In this document: piece after piece, positions 12,001-26,000 of the stretch
Numbering within the stretch: the first letter of the stretch is position 1
Layout of the letters: every line of letters starts with the position of its first letter
Assembly: GCA_030390025.1 (NCBI GenBank)
Contig: JASTWF010000358.1
Coordinates: 248,001 to 312,000 of the forward strand
Origin: Squalus acanthias
Taxonomy: Eukaryota
Length of the DNA stretch: 64,000 bases
Direction of reading: 5' to 3'
The notes under the pieces: model-generated
Seen by the model: only the letters and a program-made list of their open reading frames with translations
Database searches by the model: none
What the model was told of the DNA's origin: nothing
Program-made: the position numbers and the translations under genes

Positions 12001-15000
12001 AAAGAGGCAGAGTCCCAGAAAGAGGCAGAGTCCCAGAAAGAGGCAGAGTCCCAGAAAGAGGCAGAGTCCCAGAAAGAGGCAGAGTCCCAGAAAGAGGCAG
12101 AGTCCCAGAAAGAGGCAGAGTCCCAGAAAGAGGCAGAGTCCCAGAAAGAGGCAGAGTCCCAGAAAGAGGCAGAGTCCCAGAAAGAGGCAGAGTCCCAGAA
12201 AGAGGCAGAGTCCCAGAAAGAGGCAGAGTCCCAGAAAGAGGCAGAGTCCCAGAAAGAGGCAGAGTCCCAGAAAGAGGCAGAGTCCCAGAAAGAGGCAGAG
12301 TCCCAGAAAGAGGCAGAGTCCCAGAAAGAGGCAGAGTCCCAGAAAGAGGCAGAGTCCCAGAAAGAGGCAGAGTCCCAGAAAGAGGCAGAGTCCCAGAAAG
12401 AGGCAGAGTCCCAGAAAGAGGCAGAGTCCCAGAAAGAGGCAGAGTCCCAGAAAGAGGCAGAGTCCCAGAAAGAGGCAGAGTCCCAGAAAGAGGCAGAGTC
12501 CCAGAAAGAGGCAGAGTCCCAGAAAGAGGCAGAGTCCCAGAAAGAGGCAGAGTCCCAGAAAGAGGCAGAGTCCCAGAAAGAGGCAGAGTCCCAGAAAGAG
12601 GCAGAGTCCCAGAAAGAGGCAGAGTCCCAGAAAGAGGCAGAGTCCCAGAAAGAGGCAGAGTCCCAGAAAGAGGCAGAGTCCCAGAAAGAGGCAGAGTCCC
12701 AGAAAGAGGCAGAGTCCCAGAAAGAGGCAGAGTCCCAGAAAGAGGCAGAGTCCCAGAAAGAGGCAGAGTCCCAGAAAGAGGCAGAGTCCCAGAAAGAGGC
12801 AGAGTCCCAGAAAGAGGCAGAGTCCCAGAAAGAGGCAGAGTCCCAGAAAGAGGCAGAGTCCCAGAAAGAGGCAGAGTCCCAGAAAGAGGCAGAGTCCCAG
12901 AAAGAGGCAGAGTCCCAGAAAGAGGCAGAGTCCCAGAAAGAGGCAGAGTCCCAGAAAGAGGCAGAGTCCCAGAAAGAGGCAGAGTCCCAGAAAGAGGCAG
13001 AGTCCCAGAAAGAGGCAGAGTCCCAGAAAGAGGCAGAGTCCCAGAAAGAGGCAGAGTCCCAGAAAGAGGCAGAGTCCCAGAAAGAGGCAGAGTCCCAGAA
13101 AGAGGCAGAGTCCCAGAAAGAGGCAGAGTCCCAGAAAGAGGCAGAGTCCCAGAAAGAGGCAGAGTCCCAGAAAGAGGCAGAGTCCCAGAAAGAGGCAGAG
13201 TCCCAGAAAGAGGCAGAGTCCCAGAAAGAGGCAGAGTCCCAGAAAGAGGCAGAGTCCCAGAAAGAGGCAGAGTCCCAGAAAGAGGCAGAGTCCCAGAAAG
13301 AGGCAGAGTCCCAGAAAGAGGCAGAGTCCCAGAAAGAGGCAGAGTCCCAGAAAGAGGCAGAGTCCCAGAAAGAGGCAGAGTCCCAGAAAGAGGCAGAGTC
13401 CCAGAAAGAGGCAGAGTCCCAGAAAGAGGCAGAGTCCCAGAAAGAGGCAGAGTCCCAGAAAGAGGCAGAGTCCCAGAAAGAGGCAGAGTCCCAGAAAGAG
13501 GCAGAGTCCCAGAAAGAGGCAGAGTCCCAGAAAGAGGCAGAGTCCCAGAAAGAGGCAGAGTCCCAGAAAGAGGCAGAGTCCCAGAAAGAGGCAGAGTCCC
13601 AGAAAGAGGCAGAGTCCCAGAAAGAGGCAGAGTCCCAGAAAGAGGCAGAGTCCCAGAAAGAGGCAGAGTCCCAGAAAGAGGCAGAGTCCCAGAAAGAGGC
13701 AGAGTCCCAGAAAGAGGCAGAGTCCCAGAAAGAGGCAGAGTCCCAGAAAGAGGCAGAGTCCCAGAAAGAGGCAGAGTCCCAGAAAGAGGCAGAGTCCCAG
13801 AAAGAGGCAGAGTCCCAGAAAGAGGCAGAGTCCCAGAAAGAGGCAGAGTCCCAGAAAGAGGCAGAGTCCCAGAAAGAGGCAGAGTCCCAGAAAGAGGCAG
13901 AGTCCCAGAAAGAGGCAGAGTCCCAGAAAGAGGCAGAGTCCCAGAAAGAGGCAGAGTCCCAGAAAGAGGCAGAGTCCCAGAAAGAGGCAGAGTCCCAGAA
14001 AGAGGCAGAGTCCCAGAAAGAGGCAGAGTCCCAGAAAGAGGCAGAGTCCCAGAAAGAGGCAGAGTCCCAGAAAGAGGCAGAGTCCCAGAAAGAGGCAGAG
14101 TCCCAGAAAGAGGCAGAGTCCCAGAAAGAGGCAGAGTCCCAGAAAGAGGCAGAGTCCCAGAAAGAGGCAGAGTCCCAGAAAGAGGCAGAGTCCCAGAAAG
14201 AGGCAGAGTCCCAGAAAGAGGCAGAGTCCCAGAAAGAGGCAGAGTCCCAGAAAGAGGCAGAGTCCCAGAAAGAGGCAGAGTCCCAGAAAGAGGCAGAGTC
14301 CCAGAAAGAGGCAGAGTCCCAGAAAGAGGCAGAGTCCCAGAAAGAGGCAGAGTCCCAGAAAGAGGCAGAGTCCCAGAAAGAGGCAGAGTCCCAGAAAGAG
14401 GCAGAGTCCCAGAAAGAGGCAGAGTCCCAGAAAGAGGCAGAGTCCCAGAAAGAGGCAGAGTCCCAGAAAGAGGCAGAGTCCCAGAAAGAGGCAGAGTCCC
14501 AGAAAGAGGCAGAGTCCCAGAAAGAGGCAGAGTCCCAGAAAGAGGCAGAGTCCCAGAAAGAGGCAGAGTCCCAGAAAGAGGCAGAGTCCCAGAAAGAGGC
14601 AGAGTCCCAGAAAGAGGCAGAGTCCCAGAAAGAGGCAGAGTCCCAGAAAGAGGCAGAGTCCCAGAAAGAGGCAGAGTCCCAGAAAGAGGCAGAGTCCCAG
14701 AAAGAGGCAGAGTCCCAGAAAGAGGCAGAGTCCCAGAAAGAGGCAGAGTCCCAGAAAGAGGCAGAGTCCCAGAAAGAGGCAGAGTCCCAGAAAGAGGCAG
14801 AGTCCCAGAGAGAGGCAGAGTCCCAGAAAGAGGCAGAGTCCCAGAAAGAGGCAGAGTCCCAGAAAGAGGCAGAGTCCCAGAAAGAGGCAGAGTCCCAGAA
14901 AGAGGCAGAGTCCCAGAAAGAGGCAGAGTCCCAGAAAGAGGCAGAGTCCCAGAAAGAGGCAGAGTCCCAGAAAGAGGCAGAGTCCCAGAAAGAGGCAGAG

Positions 15001-18000
15001 TCCCAGAAAGAGGCAGAGTCCCAGAAAGAGGCAGAGTCCCAGAAAGAGGCAGAGTCCCAGAGAGAGGCAGAGTCCCAGAAAGAGGCAGAGTCCCAGAAAG
15101 AGGCAGAGTCCCAGAAAGAGGCAGAGTCCCAGAAAGAGGCAGAGTCCCAGAAAGAGGCAGAGTCCCAGAAAGAGGCAGAGTCCCAGAAAGAGGCAGAGTC
15201 CCAGAAAGAGGCAGAGTCCCAGAAAGAGGCAGAGTCCCAGAAAGAGGCAGAGTCCCAGAAAGAGGCAGAGTCCCAGAAAGAGGCAGAGTCCCAGAAAGAG
15301 GCAGAGTCCCAGAAAGAGGCAGAGTCCCAGAAAGAGGCAGAGTCCCAGAAAGAGGCAGAGTCCCAGAAAGAGGCAGAGTCCCAGAAAGAGGCAGAGTCCC
15401 AGAAAGAGGCAGAGTCCCAGAAAGAGGCAGAGTCCCAGAAAGAGGCAGAGTCCCAGAAAGAGGCAGAGTCCCAGAAAGAGGCAGAGTCCCAGAAAGAGGC
15501 AGAGTCCCAGAAAGAGGCAGAGTCCCAGAAAGAGGCAGAGTCCCAGAAAGAGGCAGAGTCCCAGAAAGAGGCAGAGTCCCAGAAAGAGGCAGAGTCCCAG
15601 AAAGAGGCAGAGTCCCAGAAAGAGGCAGAGTCCCAGAAAGAGGCAGAGTCCCAGAAAGAGGCAGAGTCCCAGAAAGAGGCAGAGTCCCAGAAAGAGGCAG
15701 AGTCCCAGAAAGAGGCAGAGTCCCAGAAAGAGGCAGAGTCCCAGAAAGAGGCAGAGTCCCAGAAAGAGGCAGAGTCCCAGAAAGAGGCAGAGTCCCAGAA
15801 AGAGGCAGAGTCCCAGAAAGAGGCAGAGTCCCAGAAAGAGGCAGAGTCCCAGAAAGAGGCAGAGTCCCAGAAAGAGGCAGAGTCCCAGAAAGAGGCAGAG
15901 TCCCAGAAAGAGGCAGAGTCCCAGAAAGAGGCAGAGTCCCAGAAAGAGGCAGAGTCCCAGAAAGAGGCAGAGTCCCAGAAAGAGGCAGAGTCCCAGAAAG
16001 AGGCAGAGTCCCAGAAAGAGGCAGAGTCCCAGAAAGAGGCAGAGTCCCAGAAAGAGGCAGAGTCCCAGAAAGAGGCAGAGTCCCAGAAAGAGGCAGAGTC
16101 CCAGAAAGAGGCAGAGTCCCAGAAAGAGGCAGAGTCCCAGAAAGAGGCAGAGTCCCAGAAAGAGGCAGAGTCCCAGAAAGAGGCAGAGTCCCAGAAAGAG
16201 GCAGAGTCCCAGAAAGAGGCAGAGTCCCAGAAAGAGGCAGAGTCCCAGAAAGAGGCAGAGTCCCAGAAAGAGGCAGAGTCCCAGAAAGAGGCAGAGTCCC
16301 AGAAAGAGGCAGAGTCCCAGAAAGAGGCAGAGTCCCAGAAAGAGGCAGAGTCCCAGAAAGAGGCAGAGTCCCAGAAAGAGGCAGAGTCCCAGAAAGAGGC
16401 AGAGTCCCAGAAAGAGGCAGAGTCCCAGAAAGAGGCAGAGTCCCAGAAAGAGGCAGAGTCCCAGAAAGAGGCAGAGTCCCAGAAAGAGGCAGAGTCCCAG
16501 AAAGAGGCAGAGTCCCAGAAAGAGGCAGAGTCCCAGAAAGAGGCAGAGTCCCAGAAAGAGGCAGAGTCCCAGAAAGAGGCAGAGTCCCAGAAAGAGGCAG
16601 AGTCCCAGAAAGAGGCAGAGTCCCAGAAAGAGGCAGAGTCCCAGAAAGAGGCAGAGTCCCAGAAAGAGGCAGAGTCCCAGAAAGAGGCAGAGTCCCAGAA
16701 AGAGGCAGAGTCCCAGAAAGAGGCAGAGTCCCAGAAAGAGGCAGAGTCCCAGAAAGAGGCAGAGTCCCAGAAAGAGGCAGAGTCCCAGAAAGAGGCAGAG
16801 TCCCAGAAAGAGGCAGAGTCCCAGAAAGAGGCAGAGTCCCAGAAAGAGGCAGAGTCCCAGAAAGAGGCAGAGTCCCAGAAAGAGGCAGAGTCCCAGAAAG
16901 AGGCAGAGTCCCAGAAAGAGGCAGAGTCCCAGAAAGAGGCAGAGTCCCAGAAGAGCAGTCCAGAAGAGGCAGAGTCCCAGAAAGAGGCAGAGTCCCAGAA
17001 AGAGGCAGAGTCCCAGAAAGAGGCAGAGTCCCAGAAAGAGGCAGAGTCCCAGAAAGAGGCAGAGTCCCAGAAAGAGGCAGAGTCCCAGAAAGAGGCAGAG
17101 TCCCAGAAAGAGGCAGAGTCCCAGAAAGAGGCAGAGTCCCAGAAAGAGGCAGAGTCCCAGAAAGAGGCAGAGTCCCAGAAAGAGGCAGAGTCCCAGAAAG
17201 AGGCAGAGTCCCAGAAAGAGGCAGAGTCCCAGAAAGAGGCAGAGTCCCAGAAAGAGGCAGAGTCCCAGAAAGAGGCAGAGTCCCAGAAAGAGGCAGAGTC
17301 CCAGAAAGAGGCAGAGTCCCAGAAAGAGGCAGAGTCCCAGAAAGAGGCAGAGTCCCAGAAAGAGGCAGAGTCCCAGAAAGAGGCAGAGTCCCAGAAAGAG
17401 GCAGAGTCCCAGAAAGAGGCAGAGTCCCAGAAAGAGCAGAGTCCCAGAAAGAGGCAGAGTCCCAGAAAGAGGCAGAGTCCCAGAAAGAGGCAGAGTCCCA
17501 GAAAGAGGCAGAGTCCCAGAAAGAGACAGAGTCCCAGAAAGAGGCAGAGTCCCAGAAAGAGGCAGAGTCCCAGAGAGACAGAGTCCAGAAAGAGGCAGAG
17601 TCCCAGAAAGAGGCAGAGTCCCAGAAAGAGGCAGAGTCCCAGAAAGAGGCAGAGTCCCAGAAAGAGGCAGAGTCCCAGAAAGAGGCAGAGTCCCAGAAAG
17701 AGGCAGAGTCCCAGAAAGAGGCAGAGTCCCAGAAAGAGGCAGAGTCCCAGAAAGAGGCAGAGTCCCAGAAAGAGGCAGAGTCCCAGAAGAGGCAGAGTCC
17801 CAGAAAGAGGCAGAGTCCCAGAAAGAGGCAGAGTCCCAGAAAGAGGCAGAGTCCCAGAAAGAGGCAGAGTCCCAGAAAGAGGCAGAGTCCCAGAAAGAGG
17901 CAGAGTCCCAGAAAGAGGCAGAGTCCCAGAAAGAGGCAGAGTCCCAGAAAGAGGCAGAGTCCCAGAAAGAGGCAGAGTCCCAGAAAGAGGCAGAGTCCCA

Positions 18001-20020
18001 GAAAGAGGCAGAGTCCCAGAAAGAGGCAGAGTCCCAGAAAGAGGCAGAGTCCCAGAAAGAGGCAGAGTCCCAGAAAGAGGCAGAGTCCCAGAAAGAGGCA
18101 GAGTCCCAGAAAGAGGCAGAGTCCCAGAAAGAGGCAGAGTCCCAGAAAGAGGCAGAGTCCCAGAAAGAGGCAGAGTCCCAGAAAGAGGCAGAGTCCCAGA
18201 AAGAGGCAGAGTCCCAGAAAGAGGCAGAGTCCCAGAAAGAGGCAGAGTCCCAGAAGAGGCAGAGTCCCAGAAAGAGGCAGAGTCCCAGAAAGAGGCAGAG
18301 TCCCAGAAAGAGGCAGAGTCCCAGAAAGAGGCAGAGTCCCAGAAAGAGGCAGAGTCCCAGAAAGAGGCAGAGTCCCAGAAAGAGGCAGAGTCCCAGAAAG
18401 AGGCAGAGTCCCAGAAAGAGGCAGAGTCCCAGAAAGAGGCAGAGTCCCAGAAAGAGGCAGAGTCCCAGAAAGAGGCAGAGTCCCAGAAAGAGGCAGAGTC
18501 CCAGAAAGAGGCAGAGTCCCAGAAAGAGGCAGAGTCCCAGAAAGAGGCAGAGTCCCAGAAAGAGGCAGAGTCCCAGAAAGAGGCAGAGTCCCAGAAAGAG
18601 GCAGAGTCCCAGAAAGAGGCAGAGTCCCAGAAAGAGGCAGAGTCCCAGAAAGAGGCAGAGTCCCAGAAAGAGGCAGAGTCCCAGAAAGAGGCAGAGTCCC
18701 AGAAAGAGGCAGAGTCCCAGAAAGAGGCAGAGTCCCAGAAAGAGGCAGAGTCCCAGAAAGAGGCAGAGTCCCAGAAAGAGGCAGAGTCCCAGAAAGAGGC
18801 AGAGTCCCAGAAAGAGGCAGAGTCCCAGAAAGAGGCAGAGTCCCAGAAAGAGGCAGAGTCCCAGAAAGAGGCAGAGTCCCAGAAAGAGGCAGAGTCCCAG
18901 AAAGAGGCAGAGTCCCAGAAAGAGGCAGAGTCCCAGAAAGAGGCAGAGTCCCAGAAAGAGGCAGAGTCCCAGAAAGAGGCAGAGTCCCAGAAAGAGGCAG
19001 AGTCCCAGAAAGAGGCAGAGTCCCAGAAAGAGGCAGAGTCCCAGAAAGAGGCAGAGTCCCAGAAAGAGGCAGAGTCCCAGAAAGAGGCAGAGTCCCAGAA
19101 AGAGGCAGAGTCCCAGAAAGAGGCAGAGTCCCAGAAAGAGGCAGAGTCCCAGAAAGAGGCAGAGTCCCAGAAAGAGGCAGAGTCCCAGAAAGAGGCAGAG
19201 TCCCAGAAAGAGGCAGAGTCCCAGAAAGAGGCAGAGTCCCAGAAAGAGGCAGAGTCCCAGAAAGAGGCAGAGTCCCAGAAAGAGGCAGAGTCCCAGAAAG
19301 AGGCAGAGTCCCAGAAAGAGGCAGAGTCCCAGAAAGAGGCAGAGTCCCAGAAAGAGGCAGAGTCCCAGAAAGAGGCAGAGTCCCAGAAAGAGGCAGAGTC
19401 CCAGAAAGAGGCAGAGTCCCAGAAAGAGGCAGAGTCCCAGAAAGAGGCAGAGTCCCAGAAAGAGGCAGAGTCCCAGAAAGAGGCAGAGTCCCAGAAAGAG
19501 GCAGAGTCCCAGAAAGAGGCAGAGTCCCAGAAAGAGGCAGAGTCCCAGAAAGAGGCAGAGTCCCAGAAAGAGGCAGAGTCCCAGAAAGAGGCAGAGTCCC
19601 AGAAAGAGGCAGAGTCCCAGAAAGAGGCAGAGTCCCAGAAAGAGGCAGAGTCCCAGAAAGAGGCAGAGTCCCAGAAAGAGGCAGAGTCCCAGAAAGAGGC
19701 AGAGTCCCAGAAAGAGGCAGAGTCCCAGAAAGAGGCAGAGTCCCAGAAAGAGGCAGAGTCCCAGAAAGAGGCAGAGTCCCAGAAAGAGGCAGAGTCCCAG
19801 AAAGAGGCAGAGTCCCAGAAAGAGGCAGAGTCCCAGAAAGAGGCAGAGTCCCAGAAAGAGGCAGAGTCCCAGAAAGAGGCAGAGTCCCAGAAAGAGGCAG
19901 AGTCCCAGAAAGAGGCAGAGTCCCAGAAAGAGGCAGAGTCCCAGAAAGAGGCAGAGTCCCAGAAAGAGGCAGAGTCCCAGAAAGAGGCAGAGTCCCAGAA
20001 AGAGGCAGAGTCCCAGAAAG
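1..20020. repeat. Near-perfect 18-bp tandem satellite (AGGCAGAGTCCCAGAAAG)n, ~1,110 copies, continuing past the left edge
   Basis: Line pattern recurs every 180 bp (10 units). Only rare variants: 2-bp loss near 7441, A>G near 14810 and 15062, scattered indels 16950-18260. Confidence 0.99.
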
Positions 20021-23000
20021 AAGCAGATTCCCAGAGAGACAGAGTCCCAGACAGAGGCAGAGTCACAGAGACAGTGTCCCACGGAGTGGCAGAGATCGAG
20101 AGTCCCAGGGAGACAGATTCCCAGAGAGTGGCAGCGTCACAGAAAGACAGAGTCCCAGAGAGAGGCAGAGTCCCAGTGAGACAGAGTTCCAGAGAGAGAG
20201 ATTCCCTGAAAGAGGCAGAGTCTCAGAGAGACAGATTTCCAGAGAGACAGAGTCCCACAGAGAGGCAGAGTCCCCGAGAGACAGAGTCGCAGAGAGAGGC
20301 AGAGTCCCAGAGAGAAGCAGAGTCCCAGAGAGAAAGAGTCCCAGATAGAGGCAGAGTCCCAGAGAGACAGAGTCTCAGAGAGGAGCAGTCTCCCAGAGAC
20401 AGTGTTCCATGAAGGGGCAGAGTCCCAGAGAGATAAAGTCCCAGAGAGAGAAGAGTCCCAGAGATACAGAGACCCAGAGAGAGAGAGAGTCCCAGAGAGA
20501 CAGAGTCCCACAGAGAGGCAGAGTCCCAGAAAGAGGCAGAGTCCCAGAAAGAGGCAGAGTCCCAGAAAGAGGCAGAGTCCCAGAAAGAGGCAGAGTCCCA
20601 GAAAGAGGCAGAGTCCCAGAAAGAGGCAGAGTCCCAGAAAGAGGCAGAGTCCCAGAAAGAGGCAGAGTCCCAGAAAGAGGCAGAGTCCCAGAAAGAGGCA
20701 GAGTCCCAGAAAGAGGCAGAGTCCCAGAAAGAGGCAGAGTCCCAGAAAGAGGCAGAGTCCCAGAAAGAGGCAGAGTCCCAGAAAGAGGCAGAGTCCCAGA
20801 AAGAGGCAGAGTCCCAGAAAGAGGCAGAGTCCCAGAAAGAGGCAGAGTCCCAGAAAGAGGCAGAGTCCCAGAAAGAGGCAGAGTCCCAGAAAGAGGCAGA
20901 GTCCCAGAAAGAGGCAGAGTCCCAGAAAGAGGCAGAGTCCCAGAAAGAGGCAGAGTCCCAGAAAGAGGCAGAGTCCCAGAAAGAGGCAGAGTCCCAGAAA
21001 GAGGCAGAGTCCCAGAAAGAGGCAGAGTCCCAGAAAGAGGCAGAGTCCCAGAAAGAGGCAGAGTCCCAGAAAGAGGCAGAGTCCCAGAAAGAGGCAGAGT
21101 CCCAGAAAGAGGCAGAGTCCCAGAAAGAGGCAGAGTCCCAGAAAGAGGCAGAGTCCCAGAAAGAGGCAGAGTCCCAGAAAGAGGCAGAGTCCCAGAAAGA
21201 GGCAGAGTCCCAGAAAGAGGCAGAGTCCCAGAAAGAGGCAGAGTCCCAGAAAGAGGCAGAGTCCCAGAAAGAGGCAGAGTCCCAGAAAGAGGCAGAGTCC
21301 CAGAAAGAGGCAGAGTCCCAGAAAGAGGCAGAGTCCCAGAAAGAGGCAGAGTCCCAGAAAGAGGCAGAGTCCCAGAAAGAGGCAGAGTCCCAGAAAGAGG
21401 CAGAGTCCCAGAAAGAGGCAGAGTCCCAGAAAGAGGCAGAGTCCCAGAAAGAGGCAGAGTCCCAGAAAGAGGCAGAGTCCCAGAAAGAGGCAGAGTCCCA
21501 GAAAGAGGCAGAGTCCCAGAAAGAGGCAGAGTCCCAGAAAGAGGCAGAGTCCCAGAAAGAGGCAGAGTCCCAGAAAGAGCAGAGTCCCAGAAAGAGGCAG
21601 AGTCCCAGAAAGAGGCAGAGTCCCAGAAGAGGCAGAGTCCCAGAAAGAGGCAGAGTCCCAGAAAGAGGCAGAGTCCCAGAGAGGCAGAGTCCCAGAAAGA
21701 GGCAGAGTCCCAGAAAGAGGCAGAGTCCCAGAAAGAGGCAGAGTCCCAGAAAGAGGCAGAGTCCCAGAAAGAGCAGAGTCCCAGAAAGAGGCAGAGTCCC
21801 AGAAAGAGGCAGAGTCCCAGAAAGAGGCAGAGTCCCAGAAAGAGGCAGAGTCCCAGAAAGAGGCAGAGTCCCAGAAAGAGGCAGAGTCCCAGAAAGAGGC
21901 AGAGTCCCAGAGAGAGGCAGAGTCCCAGAAAGAGGCAGAGTCCCAGAAAGAGGCAGAGTCCCAGAAAGAGGCAGAGTCCCAGAAAGAGGCAGAGTCCCAG
22001 AAAGAGGCAGAGTCCCAGAAAGAGGCAGAGTCCCAGATAGAGCAGAGTCCCAGAAAGAGGCAGAGTCCCAGAGATAGCAGAGTCCCAGAAAGAGGCAGAG
22101 TCCCAGAAAGAGACAGAGTCCCAGAGAGTGCAGAGTCCCAGAGAGAGGCAGAGTCCCAGAAAGAGAGGCAGAGTCCCAGAAAGAGGTCAGAGTCCAGAAA
22201 GAGTCAGAGTCCCAGAAAGAGGCAGAGTCCCAGAAAGAGGACAGAGTCCCCAGAAAGAGGCAGAGTCCCCAGAAAGAGCAGAGTCCCAGAAAGAGCAGAG
22301 TCCCAGAAAGAGGCAGAGTCCCAGAAAGAAGACAGAGTCCCAGAAAGAGGCAGAGGTCCCAGAAAGAGGCAGAGTCCCAGAAGAGAGCAGAGTCCAGAAA
22401 GAGGCAGAGTCCCAGAGAAAGAGTCAGAGTCCCAGAGAGAGCAGAGTCCCAGAAAGAGGCAGAGTCCCAGAAAGAGGCAGAGTCCCAGAAAGAGGCAGAG
22501 ACCAGAGAGAGGCAGAGACCAGAAAGAGGCAGAGTCCCAGAAGAGGCAGAGTCCCAGAAAGAGGCAGAGTCCCAGAAAGAGGCAGAGTCCCAGAAGAGGC
22601 AGAGTCCCAGAAAGAGGCAGAGTCCCAGAAAGAGGCAGAGTCCCAGAAAGAGGCAGAGTCCCAGAAAGAGGCAGAGTCCCAGAAAGAGGCAGAGTCCCAG
22701 AAAGAGGCAGAGTCCCAGAAAGAGGCAGAGTCCCAGAAAGAGGCAGAGTCCCAGAAAGAGGCAGAGTCCCAGAAAGAGGCAGAGTCCCAGAAAGAGGCAG
22801 AGTCCCAGAAAGAGGCAGAGTCCCAGAAAGAGGCAGAGTCCCAGAAAGAGGCAGAGTCCCAGAAAGAGGCAGAGTCCCAGAAAGAGGCAGAGTCCCAGAA
22901 AGAGGCAGAGTCCCAGAAAGAGGCAGAGTCCCAGAAAGAGGCAGAGTCCCAGAAAGAGGCAGAGTCCCAGAAAGAGGCAGAGTCCCAGAAAGAGGCAGAG

Positions 23001-26000
23001 TCCCAGAAAGAGGCAGAGTCCCAGAAAGAGGCAGAGTCCCAGAAAGAGGCAGAGTCCCAGAAAGAGGCAGAGTCCCAGAAAGAGGCAGAGTCCCAGAAAG
23101 AGGCAGAGTCCCAGAAAGAGGCAGAGTCCCAGAAAGAGGCAGAGTCCCAGAAAGAGGCAGAGTCCCAGAAAGAGGCAGAGTCCCAGAAAGAGGCAGAGTC
23201 CCAGAAAGAGGCAGAGTCCCAGAAAGAGGCAGAGTCCCAGAAAGAGGCAGAGTCCCAGAAAGAGGCAGAGTCCCAGAAAGAGGCAGAGTCCCAGAAAGAG
23301 GCAGAGTCCCAGAAAGAGGCAGAGTCCCAGAAAGAGGCAGAGTCCCAGAAAGAGGCAGAGTCCCAGAAAGAGGCAGAGTCCCAGAAAGAGGCAGAGTCCC
23401 AGAAAGAGGCAGAGTCCAGAGAGCAGAGTCAGAGAGGCAGAGTCCCAGAAAGAGGCAGAGTCCCAGAAAGAGGCAGAGTCCCAGAAAGAGGCAGAGTCCC
23501 AGAAAGAGGCAGAGTCCCAGAAAGAGGCAGAGTCCCAGAAAGAGGCAGAGTCCCAGAAAGAGGCAGAGTCCCAGAAAGAGGCAGAGTCCCAGAAGAGGCA
23601 GAGTCCCAGAAGAGCAGAGTCCCAGAAAGAGGCAGAGTCCCAGAAGAGGCAGAGTCCCAGAAAGAGGCAGAGTCCCAGAAAGAGGCAGAGTCCCAGAAAG
23701 AGGCAGAGTCCCAGAAAGAGGCAGAGTCCCAGAAAGAGGCTGAGTCCCAGAAAGAGGCAGAGTCCCAGAGAGACAGAGTCCCAGAAAGAGGCAGAGTCCC
23801 AGAAAGAGGCAGAGTCCCAGAAAGAGGCAGAGTCCCAGAAAGAGGCAGAGTCCCAGAAAGAGGCAGAGTCCCAGAAAGAGGCAGAGTCCCAGAAAGAGGC
23901 AGAGTCCCAGAAAGAGGCAGAGTCCCAGAAGAAGGCAGAGTCCCAGAAAGAGGCAGAGTCCCAGAGAGAGCAGAGTCCCAGATAGAGGCAGAGTCCCAGA
24001 AAGAGGCAGAGTCCCAGAAAGAGCAGAGTCCAGAAAGAGGCAGAGTCCCAGAAAGAGGCAGAGGTCCCAGAAAGAGGCAGAGTCCCAGAGAGCGAGACAG
24101 TCCCAGAGAGACAGTGTCCCAGATAAACCCAGAGTCCCAGAGAGAACGAGCCCAAGAGACAGGCAGAGTCACAGAGAGACAGTGACCCAGAAAGAGGCAG
24201 AATCCCAGAGAGACAGAGTTCCAGAGAGAGGCAGTATCCCAGAGAGACAGAGTCCCAGAGAGAGAGAGAGTCCCAGAGAGAAACAGTCCCAGACAGAGAG
24301 AGAGAGTCCCAGAGAGAGAGAGAGTCCCAGAGAGACACAGTCCCAGACAGAGAGAGAGAGTCCCAGAGAGACAGAGACCCAGAGAGAAGCAGAGTCCCAG
24401 AGAGACAGAGTCCCAGAGAGAGGCAGGGTCCGAGAGAGACAGAGTCCCAGAGAGATGCAGAGACCCAGAGAGACAGAGTCCCACGGAGAGGCAGAGGCCC
24501 GGAGAGACAGAGTCCAAGAGAAAGGCAGAGTCCCAGAGATAGAGAGTCCCAGAGAGAGAGAGTCCCAGAGAGAGAGAGTCCCAGAGACACAGAGTCCCAT
24601 AGAGACAGAGTCCCAGAGAGATAGAGGCTCAGAGAGGAGCAGTGTCCCAGAGAGACACTGTTCCATAAAGAGGCAGGGTCCCAGAGAGACAGAGTCCCAG
24701 ATAGAGGCAGAGTCACACAGAGACAGTGTCCCACCGAGAGGCAGAGGTCGCGAGAGACAGAGTCCCAGAGAGAGGCCGAGTCCCAGAGATAGAGTCCCAG
24801 AGAGAGAGAGAGTCCCAGAGAGCCAGTGTCCCAGAGAGCGAGAGAGTCCCAGAGAGACAGAGTCCCATAGAGACAGAGTCCCAGAGAGCGAGACAGTCCC
24901 AGAGAGACAGAGTCCCAGAGAGCGAGACAGTCCCAGAGAGACAGAGTCCCAGATATACCCGGAGTCCCAGAGAGAACGAGACCAAGAGACAGGCAGAGTC
25001 ACAGAGAGACAGTGACCCAGAAAGAGGCAGAATCCCAGAGAGACAGAGTTCCAGAGAGAGGCAGTATCCCAGAGAGACAGAGTCCCAGAAAGAGGCAGAG
25101 TCCCAGAAAGAGGCAGAGTCCCAGAAAGAGGCAGAGTCCCAGAAAGAGGCAGAGTCCCAGAAAGAGGCAGAGTCCCAGAAAGAGGCAGAGTCCCAGAAAG
25201 AGGCAGAGTCCCAGAAAGAGGCAGAGTCCCAGAAAGAGGCAGAGTCCCAGAAAGAGGCAGAGTCCCAGAAAGAGGCAGAGTCCCAGAAAGAGGCAGAGTC
25301 CCAGAAAGAGGCAGAGTCCCAGAAAGAGGCAGAGTCCCAGAAAGAGGCAGAGTCCCAGAAAGAGGCAGAGTCCCAGAAAGAGGCAGAGTCCCAGAAAGAG
25401 GCAGAGTCCCAGAAAGAGGCAGAGTCCCAGAAAGAGGCAGAGTCCCAGAAAGAGGCAGAGTCCCAGAAAGAGGCAGAGTCCCAGAAAGAGGCAGAGTCCC
25501 AGAAAGAGGCAGAGTCCCAGAAAGAGGCAGAGTCCCAGAAAGAGGCAGAGTCCCAGAAAGAGGCAGAGTCCCAGAAAGAGGCAGAGTCCCAGAAAGAGGC
25601 AGAGTCCCAGATAAATGCAGAGTCCCAGAGAGAACGAGACCAAGAGACAGGCAGAGTCACAGAGAGACAGTGACCCAGAAAGAGGCAGAATCCCAGAGAG
25701 ACAGAGTTCCAGAGAGAGGCAGTATCCCAGAGAGACAGAGTCCCAGAGAGAGAGAGAGTCCCAGAGAGAAACAGTCCCAGACAGAGAGAGAGAGTCCCAG
25801 AGAGAGAGAGAGTCCCAGAGAGACACAGTCCCAGACAGAGAGAGAGAGTCCCAGAGAGACAGAGACCCAGAGAGAAGGAGAGTCCCAGAGAGACAGAGAC
25901 CCAGAGAGAAGCAGAGTCCCAGAGAGACAGAGTCCCAGAGAGAGGCAGGGTCCGAGAGAGACAGAGTCCCAGAGAGAGGCAGAGACCCAGAGAGACAGAG

